A stretch of 63,266 bases of DNA, counting the filler, from Octopus bimaculoides (lineage: Eukaryota), in assembly GCF_001194135.2 (NCBI RefSeq). It is 4 parts of 4 records of this genome, joined end to end, with 100 filler letters (N's around TTAATTAATTAA, not from the genome) between each part and the next. Parts side by side here need not be neighbours in the genome. Positions count along the whole stretch, not along the records: positions 47,561 to 57,249 come from NC_068984.1; positions 57,350 to 63,266 come from NC_068982.1; 2 more parts are not named here. The stretch is one strand, 5' to 3'. Positions 54,086 through 63,266 of this stretch are shown here, piece after piece (within the stretch, counting starts at the first letter, position 1; each line of letters starts with the position of its first letter). The position numbers were made by a program, and so were the translations under genes. The notes under the pieces were generated by a model. The model worked only from the letters and a program-made list of their open reading frames with translations. It searched no databases and had not been told where the DNA came from.

Positions 54086-54849
54086 AAATTGAGCATTAAA
54101 GTGAGGAATCTACAAATACTTTTCAATAGAGTACCATATTTATTTATTTTTACAAAGAAACGTTTGACTGTAACTTCGAAGTTTCAGTTTTCTAGCCGCC
54201 ATGGCTTGGTTTTCATTTCTCAAAACTTACGAACTGACATGTAGATTTTAAGCCGGGAGTGTGATTTGTGGTAATTTAACTGATAACTCTAGCTAGTCTA
54301 TCCGATGTGCTGACTTTCCCTCACTGGTTCGAACTGTTAGTGGTAGGTCAGTGGTAGTTGTGGTAGTGTTGATGTTGCTATTTCAAATTTTGCTTCTTTC
54401 ATTCTTTCTGCTGTTGTTATCAACGTGTTCTTATTGTTCATAGCCCTATGCCAGTACTGTTTGAGCAAACCTATGATTACAGATGCTACAACTAAGACCA
54501 TTCTCAACAGGACCATCCACTCTCCATGTTGGCATCGATTTGCACATTTATACCATTAGTGTAATGTCATATTCTCTAACAGGCTGGTTAACCGATACAA
54601 ACTCTAGCTTACGACACTTAAACACATTTACTGTACCTGCGTCTCTCTGAAGTTCATGTGTCAACTATCAACATCTAAATCCAATCAAACTAAGCTAAAA
54701 GCACACGTACGTAGAATGATAGAAAATAAGAGAATACATCTTTCATTCCTTATTGAAATATTTCGATTCTTATTGCAAAATTGCAAATAGGATAGGGAAC
54801 AAAATAAAAGTTAAAATCAAGACTTATAGGTAACAACAACAAAAAAAGA

Positions 54850-56135
54850 GGAAAGCAGAATTATCCAAAATCAAAGAACTTCCACTAAATATCAAAGACT
54901 ATCACTCTGAAAAGCGAAAACGATTATTTGAACCAAACAGACAGATTGACCCTAATCCAAAAGAGTTTTAGCAAGAATTTATTCAAAGCACAATCAGATC
55001 CAATCAATTGCTTACAAAAGTATCGGAAGAGTTCTCGACTGAAGTATAGAAAACCAATGGATTGACACAGACGATATGCTCAACACAGCAAGTGCAATAT
55101 CTGAACAGTGGTGTGAGGCAATAAAAACACAAAGTATTACAGGCGCTGAAAAAAAGTTAATAACTAGTATGATCTAAGAACTGAAAATGTTCCAAATAGT
55201 GTAAAATATTTAACATATTCACAGACTTGTTGAAAGAAACAAAAATAATGAATGAGTTACAGAAGGGAATATTATCTTCAGTCCTAATACATCCTAATAA
55301 CAACAATCCCCAACACTTACAAACACTAACACATAAATTGCCTTCCTTAAGAAGCGATACCATAAATACCAATATGCTTGTGAAATTCCTTTAGTGATAC
55401 ACCAAACCCATACTCGAAGACTGGAATAAAAACATGTTTGAACATCGCATAGTCTGATTATCAGAAAGCTTTTGACAGATTCCCAACCCTCAGATTTTCG
55501 AAGCGTTAGCCAACAGTACGGTGACACTAATATTAGGCAGGTACATGAAACATGTTATTAATAAATAGTAAACTATTATACAGATCAGCCCATAATAAGA
55601 GATTATAAAATGACAATATTCAAAGGGGAATCTTTTTTCTCCTTCCCAATATCGCCATTTCTTTTCTGGTTCGTATTAACACTTTAACGAACATACTAAT
55701 CCAGACTAGATGCAATAGCATGTACTTGTAAACGGATAACTTCTAAGTGTATGACGCATATCACAGGAAACTAGAAACACTGTCACATATAGTGCATAGA
55801 TTTATCTAAAATGTATCAAAGCAACATGGAGGAGAATAAGTAAAGAATATTGATATCATGTTACATAAGCGAATTAGACCGAACACAGGATTACAAATAC
55901 TTAGAATTGATTAACTAAACAGAGAACAACGAATACAAATGAAAGGGGGAAAACAAAAGAAAGGAACTATTATGAATAGAAGCGTAAGATTGATATTTCA
56001 AACTACTCTAAATGCTGCAGTTATGGTAATAGAGATCAAATCTCTAGCTATTCAAGTAATAAATTATAATTATAATATTCACAACAGGAGGCTAAATGAA
56101 GCAGCAAGTCTAAATAGTAAATCAATAAAATAGCT
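54850..56135 (+). mobile_element. Heavily decayed R4/Dong-like non-LTR retrotransposon RT region
   Basis: In order: DYQKAFD (~55457), IFKGESFFS (GIFQGDSLSP-like, ~55617), YKYLE (YKYLG-like, ~55892) and RSVRLIFQTTLNAAVMVIEIKSLAIQVINYNYNI (the ELNAxNKxxAINTLAxPV motif). Confidence 0.75.
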
Positions 56136-56159
56136 GCATGTCTAACAGCTTTTGGTTCA

Positions 56160-56462
56160 TAATTGTAACAGACACACTCTTGAACGCCATAATCCCAAAT
56201 GTTGGAATCCCGAAAGATCAGTTTCCAAAACATAATTCAGGAAAAATAAATAAATAAATAATAATATGATTTCTTAAAGAACATTTATTTGCTGTTTTAA
56301 AAAAGGGATTTACTTGAGAAGCATATTAAATCGATTTGAAATGAAAAAATAATGATAATAAAAAACTTAATGTAAGGATTTCAACAAATGAGGATTGTAA
56401 TCTTTCGGGGTTTCGGCATTCAGGATTATGGCATTGAGAATTGTGTGTTTTTGTTATTATAA
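56160..56462. mobile_element. MITE with imperfect ~45-60-bp TIRs
   Basis: 56179-56220 GCCATAATCCCAAATG...CCCGAAAGAT is inverted relative to 56397-56438 ATCTTTCGGGG...CATTCAGGATTATGGC; the interior is AT-rich. Confidence 0.7.
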
Positions 56463-56868
56463 TAGGCACCCATTTCGAGTACATTAATCAAAATACAGCA
56501 CAGATGATTGTATTAACTTAATAATGGTATTCTGAAACTAGAATATTATTTTTTAAATATTCGCTATAGCAAATATTTTACTACAGTAAAAACAAATTCA
56601 GGAAACAATAAAATAAATTTATAACAAATACCTACAAAAGTGCTTTCTCTGTTCACACGAATAATTATAAAACAAAAATTGAAGTAAGAGATTCCTGGGG
56701 AGAGGATGGAGAATCAATGACAGGAACTATTACAAAAAATTAAAAACTGAATCGAAAATGGGATTGCAAAATGTCATTCTAAGATGTTGGCAAGAAAACA
56801 CCCATACGTGACAAAACTGGGGAATATTATTTATGTTTGAAGGGAAACATTGAAAATTTTTAATTTAC

Positions 56869-56903
<35 letters not shown>

Positions 56904-57145
56904 GAAACGAGGCCTGAAGTCAAAATCCTTCCTCAAATATAACCATGAGAGTCAATACTACGATGCAGAGAATCAGACACACATTCGACAATTGTGTACA
57001 TATTTGTATCTGAGTTATGAAGATTACATCCATCTTTACTATACAGAAACCTCATTTGCAATGCTCTGGCGTAATGCACCTTATACTCGTCAGGTATTTT
57101 TAGGACCGATTAGAAGAAAAGTTTTATATTTCTCCTCGTACGTTT

Positions 57146-57249
57146 GTGGCCATGCTGGAACACCGCCTTTAGTCGAGGAAATCGACTCCAGGACTTATTC
57201 TTTGTAAGCCTCGTACTTATTATATCGGTCTCTCATGTCTAACTGCAAG
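57146..57249 (-). mobile_element. SINE family C 3' fragment
   Basis: GTGGCCATGCTGGAACACCGCCTTTAGTCGAGG...CCAGGACTTATTCTTTGTAAGCC. Confidence 0.85.
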
Positions 57250-57483
57250 NNNNNNNNNNNNNNNNNNNNNNNNNNNNNNNNNNNNNNNNNNNNTTAATTA
57301 ATTAANNNNNNNNNNNNNNNNNNNNNNNNNNNNNNNNNNNNNNNNNNNNTATTATAAAGGGTATACTAAAAATTAGATTTTTTTTTTTTTTTGGTCTAGT
57401 CCATATTATTATTTATTTAAGCTTGCTCTCATAATTATAATGTTTTTGACTGGTGACTTTGTTGATGTCTGTGTGTCTTTTTT

Positions 57484-57565
57484 TACCCTGAAGAAGGGGT
57501 TATCACTAATTAGTGCTCTATTGTGCCCTAAATACGGTGATATACCCCCGAAATGGCCATAGGTG
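57484..57565 (+). ncRNA. Minimal type-I hammerhead ribozyme, family 2 (apparently complete)
   Basis: TACC-CTGAAGA(57488-57494)-A-GGGGT/TATCAC...GTGATA/ACCCC-C-GAAA(57550-57553)-TGGCCA-T-A(57561)-GGTG. Helix III is the palindrome ATGGCCAT; helix I is ACC/GGT plus a U.G pair. Confidence 0.75.
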
Positions 57566-59139
57566 TTCTGTGTTTGTATTCCACCTATACTTGTAATCCA
57601 CTGAAAATGATGTTTTATGGTTTGACTTTACTGATGTTACCTGCGGAATGGTGAAATATGGATTTTACTTTGCCACACATTGGATGTTCTGTTGTTGTTT
57701 TGTCCCGTGCGCTTCGGTATTCCTGTTTATGAAATTGGATTTTACCTACTAAACTTGCTGTCATGAGGGAGGTAGTTGAACTTTTATACTATTTATCTTG
57801 AACTTCTTTTGTTGGCTATTGGCCTCAATAAATAAACTGTTGTGCTACGTTTCCCTATGTATTATTTTTTTTTCTCTATATTCTTTCTATATATATCTAT
57901 ATATTTTTATTCAACTATATCTGTACCGGTCTCTAATATTTTTAATCAACTTTTTAATCACAGTTTATTTATTTATGTTATTCTATTGTATTTTTAATCG
58001 ATTTTTATTCTTATGTATAAAAATTTTAACTTCCCTTTACTAATTTGGCTTTGTGGTCTATGTTGTACTTCTTATATGTGGTCATTGGTGGGCTACGGCT
58101 TTTTGAGTCGATGACCTAACGGTTTTATTCTGCAATTAACTTTTATATATATATATATATACATACGTATACACACACACACACACACAAGTAAGTACAT
58201 AAATGCAAAACAAGGTGGAAGAAATAGCGCTCAAATTTCAATGGTAGAGTAATATNNNNNNNNNNNNNNNNNNNNNNNNNNNNNNNNNNNNNNNNNNNNN
58301 NNNNNNNNNNNNNNNNNNNNNNNNNNNNNNNNNNNNNNNNNNNNNNNNNNNNNNNNNNNNNNNNNNNNNNNNNNNNNNNNNNNNNNNNNNNNNNNNNNNN
58401 NNNNNNNNNNNNNNNNNNNNNNNNNNNNNNNNNNNNNNNNNNNNNNNNNNNNNNNNNNNNNNNNNNNNNNNNNNNNNNNNNNNNNNNNNNNNNNNNNNNN
58501 NNNNNNNNNNNNNNNNNNNNNNNNNNNNNNNNNNNNNNNNNNNNNNNNNNNNNNNNNNNNNNNNNNNNNNNNNNNNNNNNNNNNNNNNNNNNNNNNNNNN
58601 NNNNNNNNNNNNNNNNNNNNNNNNNNNNNNNNNNNNNNNNNNNNNNNNNNNNNNNNNNNNNNNNNNNNNNNNNNNNNNNNNNNNNNNNNNNNNNNNNNNN
58701 NNNNNNNNNNNNNNNNNNNNNNNNNNNNNNNNNNNNNNNNNNNNNNNNNNNNNNNNNNNNNNNNNNNNNNNNNNNNNNNNNNNNNNNNNNNNNNNNNNNN
58801 NNNNNNNNNATATATATATATATATATACATGGTAAATGAAAGATGGAAGATACAAGAATTTTTATTAATCACGACAATTGTTTCAACACATCTAGCATC
58901 GATCCCGCACGAGTGGGATACTTAACAACTGGTTCAGGAGCTTTTGACGGTACAGATGTGTCTCTTTGGGTAATAAATAGATACAGCATGCTAAAATAAT
59001 AGTTCCACAACGTATCTTCTCATTTCGTGTAAAGAAAAGCAGCAAATTAAAGGATATATCATCGTTTGTATAGAAGACCAATAATAAAATAACAGATGCA
59101 AAAAAAGGAATGAACATGCAATACACACACGCTATACTA

Positions 59140-59330
59140 TTTAACGTCTGTTTCCATGGGCTGGGCTGGATGGTTTGACAGGAACTGACCAGCTGGAGAG
59201 CTGTTCAGGGTCCAATTGTCTGTTTTGATATGGTTTCTATGACTGGATGCCCTTCCTATTACCAACCACTTTACAGTGTGTTGGGTGCATTTTATGTGCC
59301 ACTAGCACAGATGCATTCATGTGATACTGG
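59140..59330 (+). mobile_element. Short RTE-tail-like repeat family E (other copies ~60596-60800 on -, ~61975-62050 on -, ~62040-62250 on +)
   Basis: Shared TTTCCATG(C/G)...GGATG(G)TTTGACAGG and GGATG(C/T)C(C/T)TTCCTA...CCAACCACTTTAC motifs. Confidence 0.7.
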
Positions 59331-59519
59331 CATGATTGAATTACACATGGCACCGGCACCTGCAAGACAAAGATCTCTCAGCTGTGAGAGGGAGTGGGGC
59401 TATGGCCATAAAGGACATGCCTGTATATATGAATGGTTACAATTTACTTAACTTGACGTTCTCAAGTACAGCAAATTTCCGCAAGCCCACCATCTGATAC
59501 ACACACACACACACACACA

Positions 59520-59710
59520 GACACACGCACACACAATCTTATATACATGCTAGGCTTCCACACACTTTCTGTGTATCAAACTTACTCACATGGCATTGGT
59601 TATCCCAGGACTATAGTAGAAGACACTTGCCCAAGGTACTGTGCAGTGGAACTAAACCCCAAACCATGTGGTTGCAAGGCAAGCTTCTTTACCATACAGC
59701 TACACCTGCA
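59520..59710 (-). mobile_element. SINE family C 5' half, CpG-decayed (further pieces at ~60800-61100)
   Basis: TATAGTAGAAGACACTTGCCCAAGGT...CAGTGGAACTAAACC...ACCATGTGGTTG...CTTTACCATACAGC. Confidence 0.75.
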
Positions 59711-60429
59711 TCAAATGATATGATTGTAAGTTCAAACCCTGTTGTCGTCATCGTATTGTATGTCCATTCATAGCACAAAAGAGCATATCATTGTCTTTAA
59801 CAGACTGACTTCACAGTTGATATTATTTGATGTTAACTAAAATTTTAAAAAACTTCCTCCTCCTCCTCCTGGCAGCAAATAACTAAAACTTATGCTTCAA
59901 TGACTCATGCAAATCTGAAGTTACTGAACCATTTAACTAATAACATTATGCTTCACTGGAAATATAAATTCAAAAACAACAATCTTAATTGCTACTTTTC
60001 CTTTTGTTTGTTAGTCTAGAATTGAAAGCTCTTCTAAACTCGAGGTAACAATTATTTAGATTTCTTAGACTGATTGATTGGGCTTACTGAGGCTGGATAA
60101 CAGGGCTAACCGAGATTGGATAAATAGGACTAACTGTAACTGAGAGATAGTGGTAACCTAAAATGGGTGATAGGGATAATGGAGGCTGAGTGATAGGGCT
60201 CATTGTTCACAGGTGAGCTTTTATCTGCATTCAGATTTGTAACCATTCTCTAAAAAAAATCTCTAATACCCCTACCCCATATGAAAACAAGCCTGTTTAA
60301 TCCCTAAGACAAGCTTGGCTTAGATAGAAATTGATTTGACACGGTTTTACAACTGGATGCTCTTCCTGTTACCAAACCTTGCCTATTTTCCAAATAAAAG
60401 ATTTTTTCATTTATCTACATCTGTGTAAA

Positions 60430-60600
60430 GAAGTGCCAATCTCTAATTGTGGAGGGAACCTGTGGAAGAGGTAGACCCAGGAAAACATGGAACGAGGTGG
60501 TGAAGCATGATCTTAGGCCTCATGGAGGTGATGACAAGTCACTGAAACTTTTGGCGATACGTTGTGCTTGAGAAGACTCATCAAGCCTAGTGAAATCATA
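60430..60600 (+). mobile_element. RTE LINE 3' ORF end
   Basis: VEGTCGRGRPRKTWNEVVKHDL motif. Confidence 0.8.
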
Positions 60601-61129
60601 GTATTGGCTGATGCCAGTGGCACATAAAAACACCCATTACACTATTGGAGTGGTTGGTGTTAGGAAGGACATCCTGCTGTAGAAACCATGCCAAGCCAGA
60701 CTGGAACTTGATGCAGCTCTCCAGCTTACCAGTTCCTGTCAAACCATCTAACCCAAGCCAGCATGGAAAGCAGATGCTTAATAAGGATGATGATGATGAC
60801 ACATACATATTACAAGGGGCTTCTTTCTTTTTCTGTCCACCAAATCCACTCACAATTCTTTGGTTGCCTTAGGGCTATAGCAGAAGACACTTCCTTAAGG
60901 TGCCATACAGCAGGACTGAAATATGGTTGGGAAGCAAACTTGTTAATCACACAGCCAATGATGATGATATGGACAGGCTTCTTTCAGTTTCCATCTATGA
61001 AATCAATCCACAAGAGCATTGGCTGAGGATGCCTGTCCAAAATGCAGTGCTATAAAACTGAACCTAAATGATGTGGTTAGAAAAAAAAGCCTCTTAAATA
61101 TACAGCTATGCCTGCTCCTGTGTGTAGAC

Positions 61130-61526
61130 TCTTTTACTTGTTTCAGTCATTTGACTGTGGCCATGCTGGAGCACCGCCTTTAGTTGGGCAGATCGACCCC
61201 AGGACTTATTCTTTGGAAGCCTAGTACTTATTCTACCGGTCTCTTTTGCCGAACCGCTAAGTTACGGGGACGTAAACACACCAGCATCGGTTGTCAAACG
61301 ATGTTGGGGGGACAAACACAGACACACAAACATACACACACACATATATATATACATATATACGACGGGCTTCTTTCAGTTTCCGTCTACTAAATCCACT
61401 GACAAGGCTTTGGTCGGCCCGAGGCTATAGTAGAAAACACTTGCCCAAGGTGCCACGCAGTGGGACTGAACTCGGAACCATGTGGTTGGTAAGCAAACTA
61501 CTTACCACACAACCACTCCTGCGCCT
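61130..61526 (-). mobile_element. Full-length tRNA-derived SINE family C
   Basis: Head AGGCGCAGGAGTGGTTGTGTGGTAAG...GAGTTCAGTCCC, an internal (TG/TA) tract and the tail GACTGAAACAAGTAAAAGA. Confidence 0.92.
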
Positions 61527-62649
61527 ATATGTGTAAAATGATAAACCTGATACTTCAATCATTACATAATTATTCAAGATGTTATATATTTATAATCCAC
61601 AAACCTCAATTTATTATTTAATTACTAATTACTGAAGTCTTCTGTTATGTTGCGATTTAAGCTGCTGCCAGAAACTGTATACCATTGATGTGTGTATATG
61701 ACCTTTGACACAGATGTGCATACATGACCTTTGACTCAAATGTGACCTTTTGTTTTCCTTCTGTACATAATGGATCCTAAGAATTGGGTGTGTTGGGTCC
61801 ATAGACTTGGTGTTTACTATTTCTGTATGTTATAGAATAGATAAATAAACTGGTGTTGGGTTACTTAGTGAAATAACCAAGGAGATAAAAGATTGGACTA
61901 CAAAATCAAAGATCAGAAGTTCAAATCTGCTGCAAGTATTTGGCTGTGTTTCTTGAATTCCCATATGATTGCCTTTGTTCACCTGGTGTCAGCCAGTTAG
62001 CCAGCATGGAAAACAGATGTTGAACTATGATTATGCTAATTTCATCATCATCATTGTTGAACATCTATTTTCCATGCTGGCATGGATTGAATGATTTGAC
62101 AGGATCCAACAAGCTGTTGTTTTGTGTCAAGCTCCAATATCAGCTTGTGGCATGGTTTCTATGGTTGGATGTCTTTCCTAATGCCAACCACTTTACTGTG
62201 TGTAGTGGATGCATTTCTCACACCACTGACACTAGTGAGGTTACCAAGTAAGTTGCATAACTGGAAAAGAAAAGGAATAAGCCTCTTTAATTAAGTGCAG
62301 GGTGGAGGCTATTTGAGAGAGGAAGGTGACTTTGTACAAGGTACTGATGGTGGGAGTTAAAATATGATAGGAGAACAAGCGTAGATGTCTTACTGTAGAA
62401 GAGAAGATACACGGCTACCCTACATTATATAAGGCTGGGTGGGAGTAGCTGGGAAGAAAAGATGGTAGTAGTGGGATGTCAGAGAAAACTATTTAAATAA
62501 ACACAATTTACCATCTGTAGTAATTATACTAGTTACAATAATGATTGTAATAATTAATGATATTTATACAAATAATAATAATAAATATAATTATAATAAT
62601 AATAGTGATAATATTAATGGCGGGTATAAACTCAAAATAAGTGAAATAC

Positions 62650-62713
62650 CTCTGAATAGATAATGTATGCTATACAGCAAAACGTAAACAAAACTGCTAC
62701 AATTAATTGTAAT
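62650..62713 (-). CDS. Candidate downstream exon with hydrophobic translation
   Basis: Acceptor AATGTTTATTCAG| and donor GAG|GTATTT. Two frames are open (ITINCSSFVYVLLYSIHYLFR or LQLIVAVLFTFCCIAYIIYSE). Confidence 0.3.
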
Positions 62714-63035
62714 CTGAATAAACATTTAAAACCATGCTTCAACTGTAATACCAGTAGAGGTGATTATAAGACCAGAATTCAATTCAATTGGATTTAAAAA
62801 GTAATGCTATCACCTTCAACTGAATACCAAACGCAAGACGCTTGTTTGAATTAGTTCACTTTGAAAACGTCATGAATGATGGACCCTTGATGAAATTACA
62901 GCAACTAGGATGCATAATTGCATACAGAGCAATATGCAGTCACTGCATTAGAAACATATGTTGGTCAATGTTATACATGCTGTAGAAAACTCTTTAATAA
63001 AAAAAAGTTTGGGATGTGAATAAATCTCCCCTTAC

Positions 63036-63077
63036 CTCTTGGTTATCAATTATATACTCTATGGAATATTTGCAGTT
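63036..63077 (-). CDS. Candidate 42-nt symmetric (phase 0) coding exon of an unidentified gene, NCKYSIEYIIDNQE
   Basis: Acceptor TTCTATGTTCCTATTCAG| and donor GAG|GTAAGG. The length is divisible by 3 and only the phase-0 frame is open. Confidence 0.5.
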
Positions 63078-63223
63078 CTGAATAGGAACATAGAACTACC
63101 TGACAAGTGAAGCTTACAAGTACCAGTATCTCTTTTAAGCTTGAGTACTTTGTAATTGGACCGTTGTGAAAAGCCAGCATCTATATCAATTTGTGAGATA
63201 ATATGATATCTGCCAAGATAATT

Positions 63224-63266
<43 letters not shown>

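Overview
This is AT-rich, repeat-dense eukaryotic DNA from a gapped draft assembly, with about 16 N-runs and dozens of microsatellites. I infer an octopus (cephalopod) genome from the tRNA-derived SINE families, LINE types and microsatellite load. No intact multi-exon gene can be demonstrated. Recognisable content: several tRNA-headed SINE families (three copies with clear target-site duplications), a decayed D,D34D mariner, two MITEs, and remnants of RTE, CR1/L2, R4/Dong-like and L1/Tx1 LINEs. The most interesting signal is a set of minimal type-I hammerhead ribozyme motifs of the kind linked to Penelope-like elements and retrozymes. One copy near 57.5 kb looks structurally complete and has a palindromic helix III. 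A second, ~165-bp family has three copies, each with a different core or stem lesion. Weaker candidates include a 42-nt minus-strand exon near the right end, a decayed GPCR-like frame, a C2H2 zinc-finger remnant and several unexplained stop-poor frames. All calls were made by eye; no database searches were run.
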